Shown here: positions 49,760 to 62,808 of the stretch, piece after piece
How positions within the stretch are numbered: position 1 is the first letter of the stretch
How the letters are laid out: every line of letters starts with the position of its first letter
From: Oopsacas minuta
Taxonomy: Eukaryota; Animalia; Porifera
DNA length: 64,000 nt
NCBI GenBank assembly: GCA_024704765.1
Contig: JAKMXF010000061.1
Location: forward strand, 1 to 64,000
Direction: 5' to 3'
The notes under the pieces: generated by a model
Told to the model about the DNA's origin: nothing
Seen by the model: only the letters and a program-made list of their open reading frames with translations
Databases searched by the model: none
Program-made: the position numbers and the translations under genes

Positions 49760-51950
49760 ATCATAATGTTTCTATGTTAGAGTAGCCCTTTTGCGGATCA
49801 TGTCTGTACTACTCACGAACAATGATGCATATAGTTTATATATTTCGAATGGAAGAAGTGTTACAGTCTCTGTTAGGAAACTTATCGAGAAGAACCATTT
49901 ATCGGATGAAGAAACTGCTACTCTCCATTTCAAATTTAAATCACTTCTAACATCCAGAGAGGCTTACTGCAGAAGGATCTTGAAGCATGGATAACATGAT
50001 TTTCCACTCTACTCATCTAGCATATCCAATCCGAGAAAGAGAATATCGCTTGATCCTGAATTTTCTTCTTTAGTCACTGATTCTGAAAATCGGAACTTTT
50101 CAGAACAGATTGCAACTGAGTCCCGGAAGCATATTCTCGAATGTCACATGAAGACTTCCAGATCGAGACTTGGTGTTCTTTGAGAGCATGTGGACTTTTT
50201 AGCAGAGAGAGAAAAGATTGAGCCTAACCAACTACTCGCGCTAGCTTTAGAATTAGTCTCAAATAAATCCTATGACCGTGATACTTCAGACATGTGCAGA
50301 GAAATAATTGACAAGGGATCTTTTAGCGGTGTATTGAACAAAGTAGAAATCTCTAAATGTGCTTATATATTGGACAGCTTAGAAATTGGGGCGAGTAAAT
50401 ACACGAACCTGAAAAGAATTTTCAAAGGTGATGTTAAGCTTCCTTCCTATAAGCTTGTCTCGCAATATCATAGGGAAATAAGCCTAATAAATGAAATGGA
50501 AATAGTCAGAAACCCCGAATCATTGTCAATTGGGACTTGCGTCTCTTATCATTCTATCCTTAGTCTGACCATTCAACGCTTGCTTTCAACATTAGACCCA
50601 GTTCCTTATTCACACTACCCACTCAAAATTAAGATATCTAATGGATTGGATGGCTGCGGTTGTCATCAAACCTATAACCAACAAAGCAACAATTCTGTAT
50701 TAAGCACAAAGGCTTTCATTTTGTTCAGATTCAAAGTAATATCAATTACAGACACACTTGGAAATGACGTGTTCTATAACAGCTCACCCAACCTTTCCGT
50801 TATGCTATAGGTCAGTAGCACTGATAGCTTTGAATGAGGAATATTCTAATGTAAAGCTTATCAAGAATACTATGGTCAATCCTCAAACAGACCATATCAT
50901 ACAGGATGGGTAATCTCTTATTGAAGGCCATGCACAGGTCGAGATAGTCCGTTCCCTTTTTGATACCAAGATGGCAGGATTGCTGGATAGAGCTGGTGTG
51001 GCTTCTTGTCATCTGTGTATTGCAATGGATAGCCAAATTAAAAGTTTAGAATGGCCCCGTTCTGGTTTCCTTATTAACAGATTAATTAGTGATGCTCGGC
51101 AACTTTGTGAAGAGGTTGATGAAGAAGATTAATTGAAACTCCCATCAAATCAACGTCTTGGTATTACGTATCAGCCACTTCTAACAGCGAAATTATAGCT
51201 ACGTCTCCTTTGCATGCTTACCTTTGTGTATTCAGGTGGTTCATGCTATTGATATACCATCTTGATGCAGGACACAAGGTGCGGGCACCATTAAACTCGA
51301 AAGTATATTCTTCTATGAAACGGGTTCAAGCTAAACTCCAGGAAAGATGTAACTTCAGTGTCGATATCTCTTCGCGCCAGGGCGGCACCTCAAAACTGGT
51401 AACATTGCGCGTGACTGCTTTTAAATAAGAGAGACTTGTTGATCTGGGTCACTTATTCCATTAATCCTTCAGATAAAGTATCATTAGAAAGATCCAGACG
51501 AATCTATCTGTTTTGTCAAGACTCCTCAACAGTGTTGACTGGATTAATTGTGACCAAATGCAAGAATTGTGCAAAGAAACGTACGAATTTATTCTAGTTA
51601 AGTACCCATGGGCAAGCATCACTCCATCTTTACACAAGTTAGTTGCCCATCCGTTTCAGTTTTTTGGTGCTTCCAATAATGGTAAGGGATTACAGAATCT
51701 CTCTGAGGAACGTTTAGAACCCTGCAATAAATTTGTAAGGCGGCATCGGGAGAATCTTGCAAGAAAAAATTCTGTCACAGATAATGTTAGACATATTTTT
51801 TGGTCAGGTTGTTATATTGTAGTGACCCCATCTTAGTACAGAATCGTTTGAAGCAGGCAAAGAAGAAAGAGACGTTGCAAATAGCCTCCAAGAAGTATTA
51901 TATAATAGTATACTATCAGATGATTTATGATAATAAGTATATCCAATAGT
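49760..51950 (+). pseudogene. RAG1-core/Transib-like transposase remnant (T5)
   Basis: LDSLEIGASKY, NGLDGCGCH, SLFDTK, CHLC, LHAYLCVFRWF, QGGTSK(T)GN, WASITPSLHKLVAH, LSEERLEPCNKFVRR. Termini not identified. Confidence 0.88.
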
Positions 51951-52046
51951 CATACATAATTAAGGGTCTTTAAATTGTACGTTATCAAATAGCAGGATAG
52001 AGACCATGAAATGCATGTATTATCAACTTTCACAACATCCATACGT

Positions 52047-53518
52047 CACAGTGGTATGAATGCAAAGAATAGACAAAAAATAGATTTCATTTTTAATGGT
52101 TAAACTCGTTCTTGTTTGTTTGAATAATGTTAATTTCAAATTTCAATTCGATCGATTACATATAGCTCTCACAATATGAATTTAAAGAATCAATCAAAAA
52201 TAGTTCTATTTGCGGTTTCAGTGATGCTAATATTAGCGCCAATTTAAGTTTACTTGAGAGCGTCACAGAATTCTCCGAATCAAATTTATTTTATTTCGTC
52301 AACACAATTCAGTTATGCTAAATCTGATTTCTCATTTTCGTCAGTGTATCTTTACTACATTTGGATTCAAAGTTGATTTGATTAATGGTACTTTAGAGGT
52401 ACAATATTTTTAAAAAAGAACTTCCAAATGGCCGCAAAAAAAAAAACATCACAAAACACAACTTAGAAATTAATTCCAAAATGGCATTATAATATCTAGA
52501 AAGACATATTAAAATGATACGCCCCGAAACAGTGCGCAACATGAAAATTTCTAGCGAATTCCATTGTCACCTTTTTGTTGCTATGCAATTTATATGCTAA
52601 ATTTATCTACTCGATTGCAGCATTCCAATTACCAATAAATGTAATATATAAATACATGATTAATATGACATTAACAAATTGAATTTGCTGATAATCAACC
52701 GTTTTCTACGCTTTTATCAATGACTCAAGAACTAACTTTCCCTAACTCTCATCTTGAATTTGCGAAGATTTTGAAGACAACAACAACTGTATCTCGACGA
52801 CACTCAGTTTCTTTGAGCAGAACTTTCAAATGGACTTCGAAGAAAGGAAACAATTGGAAGCAACGCTCCTCCGAGTAAGAAGCAGGATCAGGAAGGCAAA
52901 GAAATCGCTAGATTGCTTAAAGGGAGACTGGTGGCATTGAGGTATATCCATGCAACCAGAGTTGAAGAGGAACCGTTTTTATGATACCGTTGAGCTGTCT
53001 TCAGATGATGAAGAAGTCATATCCACACTCTCTGCAAACCATAGGAAGAGTATTGACAATCTCACGATGCAACAACAACGCTCACGACTCTCAAATGTCT
53101 TGGAATCTATCAAAACACTCTCAATCGTTGAGAATACTTCAGAAATCAAGATAGCTGCACTTGCCTTGCAACTACTATCGAACCAAACAAAACAGCGAGA
53201 AATAGCTAAAGTTTCAAAATCTGTAGTCTATGACAAGTTTTCGGGTCAATTCGGTAAATTGTTGAAGAAAGAGCTCGATGTTACCAAGACAGTGTTCCTT
53301 GTAGATCTCCTAGAAATTGGCAGGAGGAAATACACACAACTCCGACATCACTTGCTATCTAGCGATATTCGTTTCCCGGCATACTATAGGGTAGTAGAAG
53401 AAAGAAACAGTATAATTTTACGGTCGGATATTCAGATGTACCCCAATCCTGAAACTCCACTTGGTGTATATATACCATATGCCCATCACGTCCGCCATAC
53501 TTTTTGCAGGCTTATGTC
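52047..53518 (+). mobile_element. RAG1-core/Transib-like element (T6), 5' part only, cut at N 53519
   Basis: Starts CACAGTGGTATGAATG. ORF 52950+ has RKSIDNLTMQQQRSRL and VDLLEIGRRKYTQLR, homologous to the T2, T4 and T5 N-termini. Confidence 0.82.
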
Positions 53519-53521
53519 NTT

Positions 53522-53613
<92 letters not shown>
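53522..53613. repeat. (ATC)~30 microsatellite right after a single N
   Basis: Direct reading. The poly-Ser in ORF 52950-53777 is an artefact of reading across the join. Confidence 0.97.
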
Positions 53614-54185
53614 TAACAGTTCATGTGGCATATATCAAAGTCATAGCCTCTACTTTGTTGTTTCATTCGGAGAATAAGGAAAGTAATTCCTTTTACACAA
53701 ACTCAAATATTACAATTGCCTTTCTGCATTTCTTGTTTTCTTCTGAAAAGTTTGCACTTTCTTGTTGTTGTGAGTAGCGCAAATTCCTTTCAACTCTCCT
53801 CTTTCTTGAGGTTCCTTTATCAATTCATCTTCAAATTGGTAGTTCAAAGGACCATCTTTCCCCAGGAGAAGTATTTTGTTTTCAGTCTAGGTATATTGCA
53901 CTTGCATTACATGTATTATTCCATATTATTAAATTATTTGTTGTAGGATTTATTCATTTTGTATCGAATTCGAAATTCTGAATTCTGAAATATTGTATAA
54001 TTATCCATTTATCGTGTATATCAATAAATTAAACATTTCAATCTAACCTCACTAAACATGGAATGTGCTGAATCGGAATTTCACAATTTTGAAATAATCA
54101 TATGTAGATTTAAGTTTTTTATTAATATAAAGTAAAGAAATTTCAAAATAGTTGTAGAAACATGCTTTCAATGCTCATACTGAGG

Positions 54186-57100
54186 CAGTGGCGTAGCTAA
54201 GCATGGGCCTGTCGGACCTGTGCCCGGGAAATAAATATTCCGGCTGTACATTCACATCAGTTCTTCCCTATTAATTGTTATATTACAAATATCAATTCCT
54301 CTTACTTTTTGACTTTATTTACTATTCTATGATTTATTATATTTAGTAATTAGCATAAACAGTATGTCCAATAAAAATCTGGAAATTGGTAATTATCTTA
54401 CATCTAGCATTTTATGAGTTTGATAGTTTGTATTAGACATATCTACTTAGAATTTTATATTCCATTAAGTCATGGTTTTATTGGGAATACATTTCCCTTA
54501 TATTATAAAATATTTTTGCGCATATTTATTGTTGCATCATCATGACACAAACACTCGCTATAATAATTTATATCTGTATTTTCATTCTGATTTAACAGCA
54601 TTTATTCTTCACCATGTGTCAGACTGAGAAAAGGGAACACGCAATTATACTTCTAAAGGGGAATAAACACTCAGTTAAGGAAATATCTAGAAATGTGGGG
54701 GTCTCATTATCAACGGTTTACAACCTAAAATCTCGAATAAGTGAATGTTTGCCAATTGAACGAAGAAAAAGGAGTGGGAGGCCAGGGAAATTACTCCCAT
54801 TAATAACGAAAAGTATCGCACAACAAATTCGGAGAACCCCTTACATTTCTCTTAGAGCTATGGCAGATAAGTGTCCAGTTACCACCTCAAAGAATACGAT
54901 TGCACGTGCTTTGGAGAAGTTAAGGTATGCGAAGCCCTACCCTAGCCCCATTCCTCAACTATCTGAGAAAAATCGTATATCACGACTTGAATGGGCAGAG
55001 AAAATCTTAGTAATGATTGGTAACATGCTATATTTGCCGATGTGACTTCGATTTGGATCGCACGTGGGAGAATTCGCATGTGGACCAAGGAAGGTACTGA
55101 GAGGCTGCGAACAACAGTGAAACATACCCAAAAAATCAACATTTGAGCAGCTTTTTCGTCTGTAGGAACGTTTCCACTATGTATTTTCCAAGAAGTACTC
55201 ACAGCAGCTCTCTTTGTGAATATACTAGAGGGGCACTTGACAACACAAACAACTGTTTTTCATGGGTCTGAGTGGTTTTTGGTGCAGGATAACGACCCAA
55301 AACACACAGCCAAACTAACCAAGGCATGCATTGACAAAATATGAAACAAAACAGAATAGACTGGCCAAGTCAAGGTCCAGATGTTAACCCTATTGAAACT
55401 TGTTCGCCTGGATTAAGTTAGAACTAATCAAACGCAACCCTAAAAATATTCGAGACCTCAAATTACAACTATTGAAAATTTGGAAGGGGATAGATGCAGA
55501 TTTTCTTCGACCTTATTGCGCTTCCATGCCCAAAAGATGTCAGCTGGTTCAGGAAAGTAGCGGTTATAAGATAAAATACTGAAGAACTACTATATTACTT
55601 TAGATATTTTGGAAAACATTGGAAAAATCTTCGATAATAATATTCTTTGAAATGATTTACCTATTCCAGTTTTTTATGGGACACACTGTATTTCTCGAAA
55701 ATTTAACATTAGCAACAGCTCGCAGCTAACTTTGTTTACCACTTACAAGAGAATAAAGCTAACTTCTGAAAATGATATTGATATTACCTATGATAATAAT
55801 GACCCTTTTCGGGAAGCACAAGAGCCTGACTTCGTGCCTACATGTGATACTACTAATCTTGTCAGTTTTACTCCAATTGAGGTAGCAACGCCACCCAGTA
55901 TGGCACCAACATAATTATCAATTTCACCTGAAATTCCAATGTCAATCTACAGCCACCTTTAGATATTGCTCAAGGGCCTAATGATAAACCGGTTCAGCCC
56001 AGTCGACATACTTGTCGATTTCCTTCAACATCAGTGGGAACGAAGAAAAGACAATTCAATCCAGAATGGTTTGTCACTTTTAGTTGGTTTGAATACTCAG
56101 TAGAAAGAGACGCTGGTTTCCTCTACCAATGCTGCATTTTTAATGCTGTAAGTGGTAGAACTGAGGATGCATTTAAAAGTGTGGGATTTAAAGACTGGAA
56201 GCACGCAACAGGAAGAGATGGTACCCTCCACTTCCATGGAAATGCCTTACGCACATCAACGCGATGGCTTCATGGCATGAATATAAACAAAATGACAGGA
56301 TTGATACATTAATTGAGAGTCGCATTAATTCGTCAAGAAGTGAGCATATCGCCTAGGCAGACCAAATTTTAAAAGTATCGCCGAAGTTATACTCTTGTGT
56401 TATCGCCTTGAAATTGCCTTTCGAGGACATGATGAATCCGAAAATTCACTGAACAAAGGAAACTTTTTCGAGGTACTGCAAGTTATTGGCTATCATGACC
56501 CAATTATCCAACATAAATTAGAACATGGCCCATAAAATGCAATATATCGTTCACCAGAAGTTCAGATTTTGTTATTAAATATCATTGGTGACATGCTTAG
56601 AATAAAAATTTGTGATAGTGTACGGAAAGCGAACTTCTTTTCGCTGCTTGCAGAGGAATCAAAAGCTGAAGGCAGGATGGAGCAACTGGCTATTATTGTT
56701 AGGTACGTTGACGACAAAGCAAACATTCACGAGGGATTCCTTACTTTCGTGGTCGCAACTAGTCTAAATGCTGAGAGTTTGATTACTTAGCTCATATCCA
56801 CTCTCAAAAAGCATGGGTTGGATCGTGCCTGCATCGTATCTCAAGGATATAATGGAACTGCTGTCATGTGTGGAAACTGTCAAGGTGTGCAGCAGCGAAT
56901 GAAAGAAATAGATTCCTGTGAATGTATATCCATTGCTATGCAAACAAACTAAACCGAGTTCTCTTTGGCTGCGCAAAGAAGATTCAATTCGCTTGTGATT
57001 TTTCATATTGCTTGAGGCTCTCTATGTATTCATTTCTTCCTCTAAAGCGCATACGATCTTCGTGTCAATGCGAAAGGAACTTCACCCAGAGAAGCAAGTA

Positions 57101-57660
57101 CATCACCTACCAAAGCTATCAGATACAAGATGGACATGCAGGCAAGGTTCTGTTAATGGGATTTGCCACACTTATGATTCGTTGATTGCTACCTTGGAAG
57201 TAGTTCTGGTGGAATAATTCGAGAAAAGGCCTTTAAGGCAATATACCTTCTTCTTCAGATCAAAAGTTTTAAATTTTTGCTATTACTCATCTTGTTTGAT
57301 AGAATATTAACCTGCACTAAGAGTTTATCAGACTATCTGCAGTCTCCACAAATTAATTTGGCTAACGCAACTGATTTAGTTTCATCAACAGTGTCAACTC
57401 TCGGATATTTTTGTGCCGATGAAGAATTGGAGAAGATATTCAGATATTCTGAGAACGTAGCCAGATCCAATACTATAGATATTACAAAATATCAGAAACC
57501 AAGACAGAGACGACTTCCTCAACACTTGAAAGATTACACCGTCTTTGCACCTACTGGAACAAGGGAATCCCTTTCAAACAGATGTCATTTATTTGCTCCA
57601 GTGTCACCACAGAGGACCATTAAATGCAATTTGGACGGACCATGGAATAGAAAATCCTAA
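54186..57660 (+). mobile_element. hAT transposon (ZMYM1-like), disrupted, 3' end lost or degenerate, with nested Tc1
   Basis: Terminus CAGTGGCGTAGCTAAG. KRQFNPEWF..FSWFEYS..DAGF, GFKDWK, AFRGHDES..S.NKGNF, LLAEESK...EQL, YIHCYANKLN, LSDTRW. No hATC domain seen. Confidence 0.85.
54360..55688 (+). mobile_element. Tc1-like DD35E element, frameshifted
   Basis: TIRs CAGTATGTCCAATAAAAATCTGG / CAGTGTGTCCCATAAAAAACTGG. QDNDPKH...WPSQGPDVNPIE gives 35 spacing after one frame repair. Right flank TA, left flank AA. Confidence 0.88.
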
Positions 57661-58811
57661 AAATTGAGCTATTATATATTTTCGAAGGAGGAAGGCCGAG
57701 TAAACTCGTCTCGTAGCGACCAAATACGCTAAGAAAATTTGCTGGATAATCCTTAGCCCTCTTCAGGCATTAAGCTCTCGTGCAGCAACAGAGCAAGCGA
57801 AGCGCGCCAGCATGAAGAGAGTGAAAAAGAAGCCCTTCCCAAGTGAGTAGATTACTACGTTGGCTGTGGACATTGCGATAAGATTTAGGTTGGGAGAATA
57901 CGACGAATAGAGTGTATCTTGGCTTCAGGGATTTGATTGTTTTCCAAGAAAACATCTGTTGCTTCTCTAACAGATGAGTAAGAGTTCAGGAAATTAAATC
58001 CCTCCTTGTAATTCATTATAATTAATTAGCGCTTCTGCCCACATATTGCCTACGATGAATTTTTCCATAATTTTTCAATGCTCCTAAAGTTTCCGTGATC
58101 ACATATTCCAGTGTAAAATGGAATTATCAGCTATCAAATTTAAAGTGTGTAATACTTTGTTTATATTTTAAGTTGAGACTATCCATGTACTAATATTAGA
58201 TGCAATTGTTAGGAAAATGGAATGCAAATCACTGCGTTAGAAGTTGATATATCATCAGAAGTGACTACAGAACATTTCGAATAAAAGGAAGACGTCACAT
58301 TACATATCAATGTACCAGAATATCAAGTCAATAGAATACAAAGCCCAAATTTGATCTGGATAGGTTTTTGAATATTCTGATTGCAATAGTAATATTTTCC
58401 AATGAATATAGCAACATTAAATTTTCATGTTATTTCAAGTTATAGAGGCACTGTGCTGAACAAACAACCTGATCTCGGACTGCCTTGTGGTCATGATACA
58501 AAATTTATATATAGTTTAGCCATAGCGGATGAGAGTTCGAGAAACTCCTGATTCGAAGTATATGATAAGTAAACTGATAGAGAAAGCGAGAACTATCTGT
58601 TCACTCATACAAAATGGAATAGTTTGTGTTACTGTTATAAATTATGACATAATTTCACAAGAATGTTTTATCTAAAATCGGACAATAACAGACAAAGATT
58701 TGTTGCTAATGGTGGTCATTTTGATATGCCACATTCGGGGAAATTTTACAGTGTTTGAATACATATAACTTATCCAGTGTGAATCCAATTTGGTACAGAT
58801 ATTAGTAATCA

Positions 58812-58912
58812 GTGAAAGAGTTAGCGTCGTTTGAGTAGCCACTCAAATAGTTTCGGGGAAAAACATGCCCGAAAATATTCGAGTGACCGCTCAACGACAC
58901 TAACTCTTTCAC
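58812..58912. repeat. 101-bp near-perfect palindrome (MITE-like hairpin)
   Basis: GTGAAAGAGTTAGCGTCGTTTGAGTAGCCACTCAAATA pairs with TATTCGAGTGACCGCTCAACGACACTAACTCTTTCAC; inner TTTCGGG/CCCGAAA; ~10-nt loop. Confidence 0.85.
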
Positions 58913-59735
58913 CGCCACGAAATATGGCATTTTCTGTAATTTTTGGCCTTCTCTCTTCTCACTTAATTATATATTTATTATAGGCAAATTTTGGATGCTC
59001 AATTTTCATTAAAAGATCAATAGTTTAGAGTAGATCTAGGGATGTATAGAAAAGTAAGTGAATTCGGGACTAAATAAGTTATACTTTTGTAATTGCATTA
59101 TTCTGAACTTTTCCAGTAAGAGTTTTAAACTATAGCATAACTTAAATGATATGGAAGATCAAAAAATGCTTACCCAAATACTATTGGGTAACACCTTTTT
59201 CGTCACAGTGAAACTAATTAAGTCAAATAATGCACAGATTAGCCCTAAAATTCAAACAATGTGAATGAGATGATCGATCTGAGTATTGTGATGCTAAGAA
59301 GCCCCAAGACATTTAGATGGACCGTGACTTTTAGACTATTTAAGTAATACAGTATTTTAGGTTTGATGTTATATTCATCCTGGTCACTCATAGGTGTATA
59401 AAATATACTGAAAATATGGTGAAACTTTTAGATTAATCAGATTTTGCAGTAAGTTATTCCATGTATATATATTTGTGGAATCTCAGAACAATATTTGAAA
59501 AGAATATGTTGCTGTAAGGCAACGAATCTAATCGAAAATTGGTGAAATATTTGGATACCCAGAGGAAAATATTCGTGTTTGCTTGTCTACAAGCAGAATT
59601 TTAAATACTTCCAAGATATACATTGCTGGCCCAAGGTATTGAAACACCCTGCCACACAATTGACACCTTGCATCAAAGGGATGCCACCTTTGTTTATATG
59701 CCAAAGATGATTTCTAACAATTTTGAACATAAATA

Positions 59736-61108
59736 CAGTGCGTTCGGAAATTATTGGCAGTGAATTTGATTTGGTTCCATTCACTATCTATGTTAAGAAT
59801 GATCAAAATCATATGATTTCTAATAATTCGGTACTCTCTCAAATAGAATATACATGAGTAACTAACATATAGCTAATAATTTATCTTCTTACCTCCACCT
59901 TTGATGCATAACCGAATTCTTTTGTCCATTGATAGACAAAATGGCTTTAAAAATTCAGGGTCAAATGTGTTCCATATCTCCAAAATAGCTTCTTTCAACT
60001 CATTTGAGCTATTAAATCTCTTTTTGAGGAGTCTCTTCTTTAGTACAGCCCAAAGATTTTCAATTGGGTTCAGATCGGGGCTATTGGAGGGCCAGTCGAT
60101 CTGATGTGGGACAAATTCCTGTTTCCAAGCCTTTGCTGCATTTCCTGTATGTATAGGACTGTTATCTTCCTGTAATACCCATTGATTTCCGTATAAAGCA
60201 TTACCTTCTTGTATAAGACACTCATTTAGAACTGTTTTGTATCGTTCCTGGTTGAAGTTTTCGGTAAAAAATTTGAGGTTTGTTTTGCCCATTACTGAAA
60301 TGCCACCCCAAATATGTAGCTTCGCTGGATGTTTGAAAGTTGGCAGGTTAATGGGCTGTCCTTTCTTTGTCCATACATATATCTTGCCTGAATTCATCCA
60401 TATAGAGCATTCATCAGTAAAGAACACTTTAGACCAGTTCTGACTCCTCATTCGTTTACACCATTCTATTCGTTTAGTAATATGGAGTTGTGACAAGGCT
60501 GGAATTCTTACTACCTGGCGATATTGTAAGCCTCTCCTCTTCATTTCCTCCGATAGTGTGCTTTTGCCAACTGGAGTACTCAATTTTGCTCGACATTCAT
60601 TCAGAGTGATCCTTGGATTGTGTTGAACGAGTGCAATAATCCTATTCCTATCAGACTTGTGCAATATTTGAGGTCGACCTGCTCCTTTCTTATGAGTCAA
60701 GCTCTTTTTGTCAGAAATAGACTTCAAAACACGATATACTGTCCGCTCTGGTATAGTTAGTCGTCTTGATATTTCAGTCGCTTTTGTTATCCCAGCATCA
60801 AAGAGTTCCTTTATTCTGATTCTATTCTTTTCCTGAGCCTTCATACCAAAATTGTGGAAAAATATTGTTAGTGAAAGTCGGAAAATATGGGTCTAAAATG
60901 TGTGAACAAAACTAATAAGCACATATTTAATGTCAAAGATCATTTGGGATAGATAAGGCAGAAAATTAGAATGTCAGTGGATCTATACATTATATTTCGA
61001 GTATATTACATGTTGCTATAACTTAGACGTCGTAAATAAGGTTGTTTTAGAATATTTGTAAAGGATAATGAAAATAGTATTTACTGCCAATAATTTCCGA
61101 ACGCACTG
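59736..61108 (-). mobile_element. Tc1 DD34E element, copy B (1373 bp), structurally intact
   Basis: Same TIRs as copy A, TA flanks, uninterrupted ORF. Confidence 0.96.
59873..60844 (-). CDS. Tc1 DD34E transposase, 323 aa
   Basis: HTH N-terminus, GAGRP linker, FTDEC, QEDNSPIH...WPSNSPDLNPIE (34 spacing). Confidence 0.93.
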   Translation of the reverse strand: MKAQEKNRIRIKELFDAGITKATEISRRLTIPERTVYRVLKSISDKKSLTHKKGAGRPQILHKSDRNRIIALVQHNPRITLNECRAKLSTPVGKSTLSEEMKRRGLQYRQVVRIPALSQLHITKRIEWCKRMRSQNWSKVFFTDECSIWMNSGKIYVWTKKGQPINLPTFKHPAKLHIWGGISVMGKTNLKFFTENFNQERYKTVLNECLIQEGNALYGNQWVLQEDNSPIHTGNAAKAWKQEFVPHQIDWPSNSPDLNPIENLWAVLKKRLLKKRFNSSNELKEAILEIWNTFDPEFLKPFCLSMDKRIRLCIKGGGKKINY

Positions 61109-62199
61109 TATATCACAAACAACAATTGATAACAAGATATTGTTCTAATTCTTGCTAAATCCATAGAATCTTTCTATGTATTCCCGCTGTGTCCCACTTA
61201 TGCCACAAGTTATACAGTGTCCCAATTATTTTGGCCAGGCAGTGAATTCTAATTCCATATTTGATATTTCTTCGATAATAAGGTATACAGCTTAATAGAA
61301 GCATAAGTAGACTAATTCTAAAAATATGGCTTTATAAGACTAATATAAATTAGGAAAATGTTATGTTGTATATGAAAGAAATGGATATATTGATTTAATG
61401 AAGTCACAGGTGTACAAATGACATTAAAGTATTTGGTGCCTTTATGTGCTCCTCAAAAAAACTCGGGCTTAATTAGAATATATTTGCTTAAACAAAAGTG
61501 TTACATTTAAGAGGAGTCGACTGTAAAAATCTAAAAAGAGAAAACAAAATGTTGGCATTAAGAGTTAAACTTGAACACTAAGAACAACTAAATCGTTTTT
61601 TTCTGATATATTCTCAGTTTCCAATCATTGTGCTTGGTTGTCAATGTAGGGTAATTGCCCTACTCCCCTTTAGAATTAACGTAACCCATCCTAGCTGGAT
61701 GCGCCAGTGATAGTTAGTAACCGCATTAGATAAGTAATGCAACTTGATACTAAGCGGATAGCGAATATGCAACGTATTAAAGTAAAGCATACTATGCGGC
61801 CAATTTTTATGGGTTATCATTTATCGGTATTCATTACTTGTGAGAGATTGGTACAGAATACAAGCGGGAAGCTGAAAAATACGCGTTATAGTTCAGACAA
61901 CAGTGTATATTGCATCAAAATCAGAAATACACAAACTTGGACACCTTAACTACAAGGACAGTCAACTCGTATTCAACTCACAATGCCAGTCCTCTGAAAA
62001 CAGGCCTCAGTGAAACAAGCATAGTGTTTCAGTGTGAGCTAACCCAGGAAGTTAAAAACAATTGTCTGAATTAACAAACGAGGGACTCAGACATTGATTA
62101 AAACCAATTTTGGATTTAATTTCATCTGTAGCTCAGAACGAGGATGTTGATCTCGATTGAAATAGCAACATATGTTCCAAAGCTATATGGTGGCGAAGC

Positions 62200-62808
62200 T
62201 AGAGACCATGAAATGATTGACTCTTGACAGCAATATATCGAACATGGGACATTCGGAAGTGCTCTGAAGCGGTTACCTTTGGACAAGTCATTGTGTTGTT
62301 AGATTTTTGGAATTCGGGAAACGTAAGTAACAATAATGTAACAATTGTGTAAGCCAGAAAGCATAGTCTTCGCTCCAGATAATATATTTTCTGACTATCG
62401 TGCTGGAAATATCATCTCATCTGAAATCTTGAAATTCAAAATTCAGATGACTCAATATTGGTATCGGAATTTCGCATAGATCCACTTCGAAACAAACTGT
62501 GTTAAGGTTATAGGAAATTGTTCCTGAACTACTTGAGAGTCAATATCCCTTAAGTTTAGAGATCTCAGATGGCTTAGATGGCTCAGGATATCATAAAATC
62601 TACAATCAGTTTGATGGAATACCGAAGTTCAACACCAAATTTTTATCCTTTGGGTTCAAGGTTATTTCACTAATTGACTCAACTGGCACTACTGTTTGGT
62701 CAAATGACATCCCAAATTCATCATTTTACGTACGACTTATTGCATTATTGGCTCAAAGGAAAACCAAGAGAACATCAAATTTCCAATTGACAGCATAATT
62801 AAAGTTGA
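62200..62808 (+). pseudogene. RAG1-core/Transib-like transposase fragment (T7)
   Basis: Degenerate LLDFLEFGKRK, ISDGLDGSGYHKIYNQ, FGFKVISL...VWSNDIPNSSFYVR. Truncated at ~62808. Confidence 0.75.

Noticed and set aside
53520-53777. Poly-serine tract in ORF 52950-53777
   Set aside because: Microsatellite read-through across a probable contig join.
58447-58453. Isolated CACTGTG/CACAGTG heptamers (also ~698, ~45470, ~63764)
   Set aside because: No extended TIR similarity or matching TSD; expected by chance.
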